In this document: positions 10,501 through 20,628 of the stretch, in pieces
Numbering within the stretch: the stretch's first letter is position 1
How the letters are laid out: each line of letters opens with the position of its first letter
Notes under the pieces: generated by a model
What the model was told of the DNA's origin: nothing
The model's input: only the letters and a program-made list of their open reading frames with translations
Databases searched by the model: none
Made by a program: the position numbers and the translations under genes
DNA from: an uncultured Armatimonadia bacterium
GTDB taxonomy: Bacteria > Armatimonadota > Zipacnadia > CAVVLO01
Direction: 5' to 3'
DNA: 64,000 nucleotides
Assembly: GCA_963749155.1 (NCBI GenBank)
Contig: CAVVLO010000003.1
Coordinates: 320,001-384,000 of the forward strand

Positions 10501-10647
10501 GAAGCCTACACGAAGCTGCTTGTCGTAAAAGACACGGTGCCCATCAGCACTCAGATCCTCGGCAAGTCGCTCTGTGAGTTTTGCATACTCGTCATGCCCA
10601 TAACTGATGAAGATGGTGAGGTGAGAGGCTGGCTGGTTTGCTTCCAT
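7557..10647 (-). CDS. TIR-NACHT(STAND NTPase)-TPR protein with a C-terminal extension; split by frameshifts near 9.1-9.2 kb, 7985 and 7810
   Basis: ATG 10647 after GGGGGAGA; TIR motifs IFISYGH, YLMTPHS, FCLKEL; Walker A GGPGTGKS; Walker B VIVIDALDE; the bridging frame reads FQPFHRSFAEWLTDEQAAGRFWVD; TPR helices follow. Confidence 0.85.
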
Positions 10648-10801
10648 GAGTTCTCCCCCGAACCGATGTAGAAGCTGGTGGAGGGATTCGACAGTAAGAG
10701 GTGTGGCCCTGCTTTTCAAGGACGCTTCTCACAGGGGGAAACTCTTCTCATAAGTCGAAATCCAGAGCGCATCGTGAAGCAAGTCTCTGGGAGGAAGCCC
10801 T

Positions 10802-13765
10802 ATGCCACTGCCGGAAAAGTTCGTTACGGAATTCGCTGGGCCTAACGCCGAGTATCGCCCCCAGCTTATGTGGTTCTGGGATGCGCCGCTTGAAGAAGAA
10901 GAGTTGCGCAGGCAGGTCAGAGGCTTTCACGAGCAAGGAATTGTCACTTTCTTTGTGCATCCGATGTTTGGCTTTCCGGTGGATTATCTGGGCGCGGAGA
11001 TGCTTCAGGCGCTGGGCTGGGCGATTGATGAGGCCAAAAAGTACGATATGCGCTTCTGGATTTACGATGAATACAACTGGCCGAGCGGCGTGGCGGGTTG
11101 CTATGTCATCAAGGACCAGCTCGAGCGCAGGCAGCTTATCCTGGTGAAGTCGGAATGGAAGGCTGGCGAGGAGGCGCCCCAGCTCGAGGGACGGCTTGTC
11201 GGGCGCTATGAGAAGGAAGGCCAGATGACTGATTTCTGGGAGGTGCCTCAGGGGGGCGTCTGCCCCTTTGCGCAGTGGTCGCCCTTCTGCTGGGATCAGG
11301 AAGGCTATGCCGATATCTGCGATGCCGAGACGACCAAGGCCTTTCTTGATTACACCTTCGACAGGTATCAGGGCGCCTTTGGAGAGGACTTTGGCAAGAC
11401 TCTGGGGGGCGTGTTTACCGATGAGGCCTCCTACTGCATCGCTGGCCCTTACGGGCAGTCGTATTCACCCATCGCGTGGAGCCACGGCTTCGGGGAAGAA
11501 TTCCTGCGCCGGTATGGCTATGACATCACCACTCAGCTTGTCTCGCTTTTCGAGCAGGTCGGAGAGTGGCGCAAGGTCAGGCTGGACTACTGGCGCCTGC
11601 TGACCGACCTGCTTTCAATCAACTACTACAAGCAGTATGCGGAGCGCTGTGATGAGCTGGGCATCCAGCTCACCGGGCATGTCTCGGGCGAGGAGCACTT
11701 CCGCTGGCAACTGCTGATGTACGGCGACCCGTGGCTAACCCTCAAGTGGATGCATCAGCCGGGTATAGACAGCATATTTCCCCGGATGAACCACGATGCC
11801 GACTATTTTATGACCGCGGCCAAGATGGGCTCGGCGGTGCTGAGATACTCAGGACGCGAGCGACTGCTCTGTGAAACCTACACCGGCAGTGGTTGGGAAC
11901 TAACTCCAGCCGATATGAAGCTGATTTGCGACAAGCTGGTGCTTGGCGGGGTCAACCTCATCCAGTATATGGGCGCGTACTACTCGGTTGCGGGGATGCG
12001 CAAAGTGCTGCTGACAGGCTATCCGCCCTCGCATAGTTTCCAGCAGGCCTGGTGGCCTTACTATCACCTGTTTGGTGATTATGTGGGACGTCTTTGCCAC
12101 ACGCTGGTGGCCACGAAGCCCACCGCCAAAATCGGCCTGGTCTACCCCACCTCGACCGCATATGTAGAATGGCAGGGCACCGCAGCCGATTTGTGGGGTG
12201 GAGCGGTCAGTCCCGAGCGCCTGGAGCGCTTCCAGCTTGTCTTCCACGCGCTTACGAACGTGCTGCTGGAGCTTGGCTTCGATTACGAGTATCTCTTCGA
12301 GGAAGTCTTCGCCCAGGGCCAGGTGGCCGAAGGCGTTTTGAAAGTCGCAAATGCCCAGTTCGACACCTTGATTGTGCCGGCTGCGACCGCTTTGCCCGCC
12401 GAGGTAGCCAGGCGCCTTGCCGAGTTTGCAGCAACCGGAGGCCAGGTGGTGTTCGTCAACTATCTGCCCGAGTGGGCTGATGGCGACAGCGAGGCGCTGG
12501 CGCTGGTAGAGGCCCTGACCGGCCAGCCCGGCGAGGCCGCCAACACCGAAGTGGACGCTCGCATCAACGCGGGCGCGGGCACCGAAATAAAAGAGAACGG
12601 CAAGTGTACCTGGCTTGTCTCGAGTGATATTGCCGTCGAAAACAGGCAACCCTTTGCCGAAGCGCTGAAGAGTATCCTCCCCGCTGGCAGCCTGGCCTTG
12701 CCAGCGTTGCCCGAGGGCGTGAGGGCTACCCGCAGGACCTTTGAGGGCGCGCCAGTGGTAATGGTCTACAACCTGGGCGATGAGGCGCGCGCGGTCGGGC
12801 TGACAGCAGACCTCAACGCGGCGCTTGACCCGGAAACTGGGGATTGCTTTGCCGTGTCCGGCAATATCGAGCTGGCTGCGAGGCAGTCGCTTGTGCTCAC
12901 TCATCTTGGCGCTGCTCCAGAGCTTGAGGCCTGCGCGCCCAGCAAGTCGCTCGAGCTTGGCCAGGCGAAATTCGAGACCACTCAGCCCAACCTGTTTGCA
13001 GCTTCCTGGCGCTTCCGTAAAGAGGGCGAGGACTGGGTCGCGCTGGATGGGCACAAGACGCCTAATGAGCAACTGCTGGAGGGCGGCGAGGCTTACGAGT
13101 GCGCCTGGGAGTTCATCCTGGGCGATTTCGATGGGTCACTTGAGCTTGTAGTCGAAGAGCTGGGAGAGCCCTTCGAGCTGATTCTGAATGGCCAGCCTGT
13201 CACTGGGCCCCAGCGCTGTCATATCTGGGACTGGCTGAATCTCACGACCGACGTGACAGGGCTTGTAAAGCCCGGCGTGAACGAAGTGCGCTTTAGCAGT
13301 CGCGCGCCCGCGTGGAAGTGCATCCACCAACCCCCGCTGCTTGCGCTCAGGGGGCGCTTTGCGGTCGTTGATGGGGCGATTGCCAGCGAAACCGGGACCA
13401 TCGAACCTGGCTCCTGGGCAGAGCAGGGCTATCCCCATTATGTCGGAACAGGCGCCTATACCTGGACTTTCGAGGCGCCCGAGGAGGCTGGGCGAGTCTT
13501 CCTCGAGACTGCCGAGGCTGCTGTGGTGGCCTCGGTAACCTTGAATGGCCAGCGCCTGGCGACCAGGCTGTGGGCGCCTTACCGCTTCGAACTGACCCAG
13601 GCGTTGCAGCCAGGCCAAAACACTCTGACCCTGGAAATCACCAGCACCTCGGTCAACCTGCTTGGCTGGAACGACCCGTGGAAGTTAATCCACTGGCAGT
13701 TTCCCAGTGGGCGCACCGAAGGCCAGCCGGCCGGTTTGCTTGCGCCGGTTCGGTTGCGATGGTGA
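10802..13765 (+). CDS. GH106-like glycoside hydrolase (alpha-L-rhamnosidase type)
   Basis: YRPQLMWFW, WIYDEYNWPSG, GVFTDE, LTGH, PGID, CETY, GSWAEQGYPHYVG, LWAPYRF. Confidence 0.85.
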   Translation: MPLPEKFVTEFAGPNAEYRPQLMWFWDAPLEEEELRRQVRGFHEQGIVTFFVHPMFGFPVDYLGAEMLQALGWAIDEAKKYDMRFWIYDEYNWPSGVAGCYVIKDQLERRQLILVKSEWKAGEEAPQLEGRLVGRYEKEGQMTDFWEVPQGGVCPFAQWSPFCWDQEGYADICDAETTKAFLDYTFDRYQGAFGEDFGKTLGGVFTDEASYCIAGPYGQSYSPIAWSHGFGEEFLRRYGYDITTQLVSLFEQVGEWRKVRLDYWRLLTDLLSINYYKQYAERCDELGIQLTGHVSGEEHFRWQLLMYGDPWLTLKWMHQPGIDSIFPRMNHDADYFMTAAKMGSAVLRYSGRERLLCETYTGSGWELTPADMKLICDKLVLGGVNLIQYMGAYYSVAGMRKVLLTGYPPSHSFQQAWWPYYHLFGDYVGRLCHTLVATKPTAKIGLVYPTSTAYVEWQGTAADLWGGAVSPERLERFQLVFHALTNVLLELGFDYEYLFEEVFAQGQVAEGVLKVANAQFDTLIVPAATALPAEVARRLAEFAATGGQVVFVNYLPEWADGDSEALALVEALTGQPGEAANTEVDARINAGAGTEIKENGKCTWLVSSDIAVENRQPFAEALKSILPAGSLALPALPEGVRATRRTFEGAPVVMVYNLGDEARAVGLTADLNAALDPETGDCFAVSGNIELAARQSLVLTHLGAAPELEACAPSKSLELGQAKFETTQPNLFAASWRFRKEGEDWVALDGHKTPNEQLLEGGEAYECAWEFILGDFDGSLELVVEELGEPFELILNGQPVTGPQRCHIWDWLNLTTDVTGLVKPGVNEVRFSSRAPAWKCIHQPPLLALRGRFAVVDGAIASETGTIEPGSWAEQGYPHYVGTGAYTWTFEAPEEAGRVFLETAEAAVVASVTLNGQRLATRLWAPYRFELTQALQPGQNTLTLEITSTSVNLLGWNDPWKLIHWQFPSGRTEGQPAGLLAPVRLRW

Positions 13766-13876
13766 GCAACGACGAAGGGTGCAGGGCTTTCCTCTTGTGG
13801 CTTACGTTAGCGCCGCCCCTGCGAATTGCCTCGCGGCACGGTATACTGGGAGGGATGCTATTGCGGGAGGCTACCT

Positions 13877-16800
13877 ATGCCAGCTACGGATGCCGTACTT
13901 GCTTATCTGAAGGACATCAAAACCAGTTTCAAAGGCGATATCGCCACCGAGCACACCTATCGCCCGGCGCTCAAGAAGCTGCTGGACACTCTCAGTCCGC
14001 AACTTGTCGCGGTCAACGAGCCCCAGCATGGCCTGGCGGGCGCGCCTGACCTCGTTGTAACCTCCAAGCGCGGCAATCTGCCTGTGGGTTATGTGGAAAC
14101 CAAGAAGCCAGGCGAGAATCTCTCCGAAATCGAGAAATCCGAGCAGCTCAAGCGCTATCGCAAGCATCTGGAGAACCTCATCCTCACCGATTATCTGGAG
14201 TTCCGCTGGTATGTAGACGGCGAACTGCGCGGCTCTGCGAGGCTTGGGCTGGTCAGCGGGGGTAAATTGCTGGAGGAGAAGTCCGGTGCCGAGGGCGTCC
14301 TCAATCTGCTGGCGGGGTTTATCGAGCACGAGGGCATCAAAGTCGGCTCTCCCAAGGAGCTCGCCGAGCGGATGGCTCGCCTGGCGCATTTTATCCGCGA
14401 CAGGGCCATCACAATCTTCAGCACAGAAGGCGATAAAGGCCCTCTCCACGGCCAGTTCGAGGCCTTCAGGAAGGAGCTGCTGCACGACCTGACGCCCGAC
14501 CGGTTCGCCGATATGTATGCCCAGACGCTGGCCTACGGGCTTTTCTCGGCGCGCGCGACCAGTCCCAGCGCCGAGTTCACCCGCAACACCGCCTGGGAGC
14601 ATCTGCCCAAGACCAACCCCTTCCTCAGAGAGTTCTTCTATCAGGTGTCAGGCCCTAGCCTGGATGCCCGCCTGGCGCCTTATGTAGATGATCTGGTCGG
14701 GCTGCTTGGCCGCGCCAATATGCACGCCATCCTGACCGATTTCGGCAAGCGCACCCGGCAAGAAGTATCCGGTCGTGCATTTCTACGAGACCTTCCTCTC
14801 CGCCTATGACCCGGCGATGCGCGAGAGTCGCGGCGTCTACTATACGCCCGAGCCAGTCGTCAGCTATATCGTGCGCAGTGTGGACTGGCTATTGCGCACG
14901 CGCTTCGACAAGCCGAAGGGGCTGGCGGATGAGAGCGTCTACGTCCTCGACCCCGCCGACCGGCGCCGGCCACCTTCCTCTATTTCGTCATCAGGCAGAT
15001 CTACGATTATCTGCAAGAGACAGGCCAACTGGGCAGTTGGAACAGTTATGTGGCCGACCACCTGCTGCCCCGGTTGTTCGGCTTCGAGCTGCTGATGGCC
15101 CCTTACGCGGTGGCGCATCTCAAGCTGGGCTTGCAATTGCAGGAGCTGGGCTACAAGTTCACGGGCGATGAGCGGCTGGGCGTCTATCTGACCAACACGC
15201 TGGAGGAGGCCCAGGAGCTACCCCAGGACCTTTGGCAGCAGTGGATAACCCAGGAGGTCGCCGCCGCAAACGAGGTAAAGACGACCAAGCCGATTATGGT
15301 TATCCTAGGCAATCCACCTTATTCGGTGACGTCCTACAATACAGGAGACTGGATCACCGACTTGGTGAAAGGTGCATACTACAAGTTAGATGGGCACCCA
15401 CTGGATACAGCCAATCCCAAGGTCTTACTCGACGACTATGTGAAATTCATACGGTATGGAGAACACAGACTCGGTAAGACAGGCCACGGGGTGCTGGCGA
15501 TGATCACCAACCATGCATGGATAGACAGCACAACGTTTGCTGGGATGAGACAGCACCTGATTGACCATTTCTCTGAGATCTTTGTGCTAAACCTGCAAGG
15601 CAACAGCAAACGTGGTGGCCAACTCAAAGGTGCGGAGATTGACGAGAATGTGTTGGACATCCAACAGGGAGTGGCCATCAGCCTCTTCGTAAAGCAGCCC
15701 GGTGCGCCTTGCCCTGCCAAGGTCTACTACGCCAATATCTGGGGGCCACGTGAAGAGAAATATGAAGCACTATTTGCCAATATGGTGCAGACAACTGACT
15801 GGGTACCGATACAGTTGAGCCAGACACCGCACTATCTATTCATGCCTGCGGACTATGCCGTTGAGGAAGAATACCTCGGTGTTCCAAGCGTGGGCAAGCT
15901 CTACGGACTCTTCAGTACAGGCGTGAAGACTCACCGTGACAGCTTTGTCTTCGAGTTTAACAAGGCGGAGCTTGAACGAAGAATCGCTAACTTTGTGGCA
16001 CCTGAATTGACCGATGATGAAGCTGCAGAAAGTTTTGGGCTTAGTGACAACCGCGACTGGAAGCTATCAGATAAAAGGAAGCTCCTTCAATGCGACGTCA
16101 ACTGGAGTACCACTCTTCAGCCTGCGCTGTATAGGCCCTTCGATACAAGGTGGCTGCTCTACCATAAAGACGCGATCGACTATGGTCGTCCCGAGGTCAT
16201 GCAGCATCTGCTCGCGGGGCCGAATCTGGCATTGATAGTGCCCAAGCGAGTAGAACCACTAGGTGGCTGGCAGCACCCCTTTGTAACACATGACGTTGTC
16301 GACCATGTGGCAGTCTGCCTCAAGACTATCGACTATGTCTTCCCCCTCTATCTCTACCCGACGGAGACAAAGACAAAACTGATTGACGCAGGGCATGAGT
16401 GGGAGGCGGGCAAGGACGGGCGGCGGCCGAATCTCGATTTCAAGCTGATGCAGGACTGGAGCCAGCGGCTGGGGCGGCCCTTCCGCTCGGAGCCGGCCTT
16501 CGATGCGGACGCCGACCAGCCAGTGGCCGCGCGCGACTGGTTCGGACCGGAGGACGTCTTCGGCTATCTCTACGCTGTGCTGCACAGCCCCACCTACAGG
16601 GAGCGGTATCGGGACTTCCTCAAGCTGGACTTCCCCCGCGTGCCGCTGACGGGCGACTGGGAGTTGTTCTGCCAGCTTACTGCCCTGGGCAACCAACTGG
16701 TGGCGCTGCACCTGCTGGAATCGTCCGAGGTCAAGGACCCGGCGGGTTGGATAACCACCTTCCCCACCGGGGGCGACAACGTGGTGGAGAAAGGCTTCCC

Positions 16801-17050
16801 CAAGTGGCACGAGACTACCGGGCGCGTCCAGATCAACCTGCACCAGGCCTTCGAGGGCGTGCCGAAGGCGGTCTGGGAGTTTATGGTCGGCGGCTATCAG
16901 GTCGCCGAGAAATGGCTGAAGGACAGGCGCGGGCGGGCGCTCTCCCATCAGGATATAGAGCATTATCAACAGGTCATCCTGGCCCTCTCCCGCACGCGAG
17001 AGCTGATGGCGGCCATCGACGCAGCGATACCCGGCTGGCCGCTGGAGTAA
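13877..17050 (+). CDS. Single-chain restriction-modification enzyme (PD-(D/E)xK nuclease + N6-adenine MTase + type ISP/LlaBIII-like specificity region, no helicase)
   Basis: APDL...GYVETK; FYETFL..YDP..R..RGVYYTP; LDPA-TG-AG-TFL; GFELL..PY; ILGNPPY; YRPFD; DFPRVP; GGYQV.EKWLKDR. Three single-base insertions (about 14771 and 14957-14970) restore the original frame. Confidence 0.9.
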
Positions 17051-17067
17051 AGGCAGGGGGGGGCCGT

Positions 17068-17305
17068 CCTTCTGGCGTGTATCGGGATAAATCAGGTGGC
17101 GTGTATCGGGAGCTTGCTCCCGATACCTGTTCCGGGCCAGTGCCCAAGGTTTCGGGAGCGGAGACTCCCGAAACACGCGGCCGAGGGGGCCTTCCTTCTG
17201 GCGTGTATCGGGATAAATCAGGTGGCGTGTATCGGGAGCTTGCTCCCGATACCTGTTCCGGGCCAGTGCCCAAGGTTTCGGGAGCGGAGTCTCCCGAAAC
17301 ACGCG
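17068..17305. repeat. Tandem pair of ~112-bp repeat units (126-bp period), copy 4 of the family
   Basis: CCTTCTGGCGTGTATCGGGATAAATC...CTCCCGAAACACGCG at 17068 and 17194 with one visible mismatch; between convergent genes. Confidence 0.92.
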
Positions 17306-17358
17306 ACTTGCGGAGCAAGCTGACTCGCCAGCAAGCCTGTAAAGCTGGAAATAATGTA

Positions 17359-18120
17359 CTAGAGAGGCGCGAGCACCAGGTCGGTAACCTCTTGCAGGCG
17401 CTCTCGCCACTCCCGGGGCAGCTTCTCGTCGGTAACAAGGTGATCAAGTCGCGCGAGTTCGCAGACCTGGGCCAGCCCGCGCTCGCCGAATTTGCTGGAA
17501 TCCACTACCAGGATGACTTCGCTCGCAGCCCGCAACATTGCCTGTTTGACCGGCACGGTGAGAGAACTGCGCTCCATCAGGCCTTGCTCGGTTATCGCAT
17601 CAGCGGCCAGGAAAAGCTTGTCAACCGTAAGCGAGTCCAGCAGGCGTTCGGTCTCGGGGCCTATGACACAGCGATGCGGAGTGCTAAGCGTCCCGCCAAG
17701 CAGATGGCTTTGAGGATGATGCCGCGCGCAGAGCTCGAGCCCAATGGGCAGATCGTTGGTTATGAGAGTGATCTCGGGCCGCGTAGCAAGCTGGCGCGCA
17801 ACCTCGAGAGTCGTGCTGCCGGTGTCGAGGAGGATCAACTCGCCTGGCTTTGCAAAATTAGCCGCCAGACGCCCGATTGCGGCTTTCTCTGCGGCGTTGA
17901 CAACGGCTCGGTGAGCATAAGGCAACTCGCTCTGGGGCACTTTGACCGCCCCGCCGTGAGTGCGTATGAGTTGTCCGGCGGCTTCCAGTTCGGCCAGGTC
18001 GGCTCGCAAGGTCACCAGCGAGACTCCGAAGCGCTTGTGCAGCTCACTCAGGCGCAGCGAGGTCTCCTCATCAAGCAATTTTAGTATCTCGGCCTGACGC
18101 CAGGCGCGTTGGGTTCGCAT
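17359..18120 (-). CDS. DeoR/GlpR-family transcriptional regulator
   Basis: FGVSLVTLRADLAELE...RTHGGA; AEKAAIG; LDTGSTT; DSSKFG; AAGGAG RBS before ATG 18120. Confidence 0.93.
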   Translation of the reverse strand: MRTQRAWRQAEILKLLDEETSLRLSELHKRFGVSLVTLRADLAELEAAGQLIRTHGGAVKVPQSELPYAHRAVVNAAEKAAIGRLAANFAKPGELILLDTGSTTLEVARQLATRPEITLITNDLPIGLELCARHHPQSHLLGGTLSTPHRCVIGPETERLLDSLTVDKLFLAADAITEQGLMERSSLTVPVKQAMLRAASEVILVVDSSKFGERGLAQVCELARLDHLVTDEKLPREWRERLQEVTDLVLAPL

Positions 18121-18180
18121 CGCAAGCGGCTCCTTTGGCATTACTGCTGCTAAAGGTTAGGACGCGCTGCATCAGATGTC

Positions 18181-18260
18181 AACTAGTCGCAAGTTATTGC
18201 CTTGGAAATATCTTGCGTTTCGCAAGTTTTATTGGCATAATTCTTACTAATCGCAAGTTT
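18181..18260. promoter_or_regulatory. Putative DeoR operator array in a divergent promoter
   Basis: TCGCAAGTT at 18187, 18220 and 18251; the middle site forms the palindrome CTTGCG-TTT-CGCAAG. Confidence 0.7.
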
Positions 18261-18276
18261 AGAGGAGGCTGTCCTT

Positions 18277-19614
18277 ATGGATAATCCCGCAAACCTTGGC
18301 CCTGATCCCGCGGCAGCAAGAGCCCAGGCTGGTCATCTGATGCTCGGAGGCGGCACGCCAGGCCCAATGCTCGTGCGAGGCAAGGGCGTGCGCGTATGGG
18401 ACGAATCAGGCAAGGACTATCTGGACTGCACCTCTCAAAGCTGGGCGCTTTACCTGGGCCATTGCCATCCAGAAATCAACGCCTGCATAGGCGAGCAACT
18501 GGAACGACTCGGCCACGTGCACCAGGGCTTTGATACGCCTCTGCGTTATCTGTTCGCCGCGAAACTGGCGGAGCTCGCGCCCGAGGGGATGAATCGGGTT
18601 TCTTTTACGGTGGGCGGCGGGCCGGCCATCGAAGCCGCGATGAAGCTGGCAGTGCGCAACAATCCTGCGGCCAGCCAGTTCGTCTGCCTCTACGACGCCT
18701 ATCACGGCACGACACTTGGCACAATGGGCGCAAGCTGGATATCTACCGCCGCGCGCGGCCATTACGGCGGAGGGGCCTTCTACACCCAACTCACCAGGCA
18801 GTTCATCCGCGTTCCAAACGCATATTGTTATCGTTGCCCGCTGGGCTGCAAGCGCGAAAGCTGCAATCTCGCCTGTGCCGAAGTCCTGCGCGAGACCCTT
18901 CAGCGGGGCATAAATGGGCCATGCGCGGGGGTCATCGTCGAGCCGCTGCAGGCAAGCGGCGGGCAGATACCGATGCCTAAGGACTACCTTGTCCGGATCC
19001 GCGAGCTCTGCGATGAGTTCAGTGTGCCGCTGATTTTCGATGAGATCCAGACTTATATGCGTATCGGAGAGGTTTATGCGGCAGGCTATTACGGCGTGAA
19101 ACCCGACATCATCTGCCTGGGCAAGGGGCTTGGGGCAGGGATGCCTATCGCCGCAGTCCTAGTCGGCGACCACCTCGAAGGGTTTGGTCCCGAAGCTGAA
19201 GAACTGCACACCTTCGCCAACAATCAGGTCTCCCAGGCGGCTGGTTACAAGCTGATTGAGATCGTAATGAGAGACCAGTTGCTTGAGAACACGCGCGCTC
19301 AGGGCGCGTGGTTCAAAGAGCAGCTCCAGGGGCTGCAGGCAGAATTTCCCGAGATCGGCGATATCCGGCAGGTGGGCTTGCATGTGGGTATCGAATTTGT
19401 CGCTGACCCCGAAAGCAGGCGCCCGCTCGAGGACGAGACAGTCGCTATCCGCAAAGAGGGGATGGCCAGAGGAGTGCTTTTCGGCCTGGGCGGGGTCAGG
19501 CGCAACGTGCTCAAAATCAAGCCGCCGCTGATAATAAACCGGGGCGAAGCTGAAGAAGTGATGGAGAAATTCGTCGGGGCGATGACCGCGGTCTTGCGCG
19601 GTCAGGGGGCGTAG
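18277..19614 (+). CDS. Class III PLP-dependent aminotransferase
   Basis: GKDYLD, LGHCHP, AYHGTT, IVEPLQ, LIFDEIQT, PDIICLGKGLG, KIKPPL. Confidence 0.93.
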   Translation: MDNPANLGPDPAAARAQAGHLMLGGGTPGPMLVRGKGVRVWDESGKDYLDCTSQSWALYLGHCHPEINACIGEQLERLGHVHQGFDTPLRYLFAAKLAELAPEGMNRVSFTVGGGPAIEAAMKLAVRNNPAASQFVCLYDAYHGTTLGTMGASWISTAARGHYGGGAFYTQLTRQFIRVPNAYCYRCPLGCKRESCNLACAEVLRETLQRGINGPCAGVIVEPLQASGGQIPMPKDYLVRIRELCDEFSVPLIFDEIQTYMRIGEVYAAGYYGVKPDIICLGKGLGAGMPIAAVLVGDHLEGFGPEAEELHTFANNQVSQAAGYKLIEIVMRDQLLENTRAQGAWFKEQLQGLQAEFPEIGDIRQVGLHVGIEFVADPESRRPLEDETVAIRKEGMARGVLFGLGGVRRNVLKIKPPLIINRGEAEEVMEKFVGAMTAVLRGQGA

Positions 19615-19617
19615 GCA

Positions 19618-20394
19618 ATGTGGAGTATTGACTTCCAGGGTCAGGTCGCGCTGGTTACGGGCGGGGCGCGCGGGATTGGCGCGGCATGCTGTCGAGCGCT
19701 TGCCGAGGCCGGCGCCAGGGTCGCGGTGGGCTATTCGGGCAGCCAGCGCGGCAAACAAGCGGGAGAAGCTTTGGTAGCGCAACTCGAAGGCCAGGGCGCC
19801 AAGGCGCTGCTTGTGGCAGGCGATGTCAGCAAGGAAGATAAAGTCGAACAGGTCTTCCAGCAAGTGGAAGCAGCCCTCGGCCCAGTCAGCCTGCTGGTTC
19901 ACAGCGCTGGCACCACCTCTCGCCGGACGCTTGCGGAACTCGATGCAAAAGAGTTCCGGCGCATCCTCGATGTGAATCTGACGGGCGCCTTTCTTGTGGC
20001 AAAACGCGCCGCAGCGGGGATGCAGCGACTCGGCGCAGGCAGTATGGTGCTTATCGGCTCGCAGGTCTCCCTGACCGGCGGAGGGGGCGGCGCGCATTAT
20101 GCGGCTTCCAAAGCTGGCCTTGAAGGCCTGGTGCGCCATCTCACGCGCGAGCTGCTGCCGACCATCCACGTGAATGCGGTCTTGCCCTCGGCTACGGACA
20201 CCGAACTCTTCCGGGAGCGTTATCCCGACGAGGCCGAACGATTGAAAGTCGCCTCCCAGATACCCGCCAGGCGTCTCGGCAAGCCAGAGGATATCGCCGA
20301 TGCGGTGGTTTTCCTGCTTTCACAGCGCGCGTCGTATATCTGTGGCCAGAGCCTGCTGGTCGACGGCGGACGGACATTTTCGGTAAGTGTTTGA
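19618..20394 (+). CDS. SDR-family oxidoreductase
   Basis: TGGARGIG, YAASK, LLVDGG. Confidence 0.93.
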   Translation: MWSIDFQGQVALVTGGARGIGAACCRALAEAGARVAVGYSGSQRGKQAGEALVAQLEGQGAKALLVAGDVSKEDKVEQVFQQVEAALGPVSLLVHSAGTTSRRTLAELDAKEFRRILDVNLTGAFLVAKRAAAGMQRLGAGSMVLIGSQVSLTGGGGGAHYAASKAGLEGLVRHLTRELLPTIHVNAVLPSATDTELFRERYPDEAERLKVASQIPARRLGKPEDIADAVVFLLSQRASYICGQSLLVDGGRTFSVSV

Positions 20395-20562
20395 TTGCCT
20401 GCCGCGGAAGCTGCTGGTCTAGAGCGATGGCTGGTCGACGGCGGACGACGATGTTTCGGTAAGTGTTTGATTGCCTGCCGCGAAGCTTGCTGTGTCTATA
20501 AGCGATGGCTGGTCGACGGAGGACGGACATGTTTCGGTAAGTGTTTGATTGCTTGCCGCGGA
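20349..20562. repeat. Imperfect tandem triplication (~75-78 bp) of the SDR 3' end
   Basis: GCTGGTCGACGG...TTTCGGTAAGTGTTTGATTGC.TGCCGCG at 20355, 20430 and 20508. Confidence 0.88.
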
Positions 20563-20628
20563 AAAACGCCCAGGCGATAGGCTTGCCAGTTCTGGGGGAG
20601 TCCGCTTGTCAGGAGAGAATAATCCTCA

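Noticed and set aside
14760..14975. Phase variation or programmed frameshifting of the R-M gene
   Set aside because: No long homopolymer, simple repeat or slippery site; the extra bases match the window-wide indel pattern
17068..17305. CRISPR array
   Set aside because: Only two long units with no unique spacers and no cas genes; the modules are dispersed REP-like repeats
16259..18084. ORFs with repeated peptides such as YREQAPDT and YRELAPDT (also near 2.8, 26.6 and 30.7 kb)
   Set aside because: These are translations of the non-coding palindromic repeats
20349..20562. Mini CRISPR array
   Set aside because: The intervening sequences resemble each other and the unit derives from the SDR coding end
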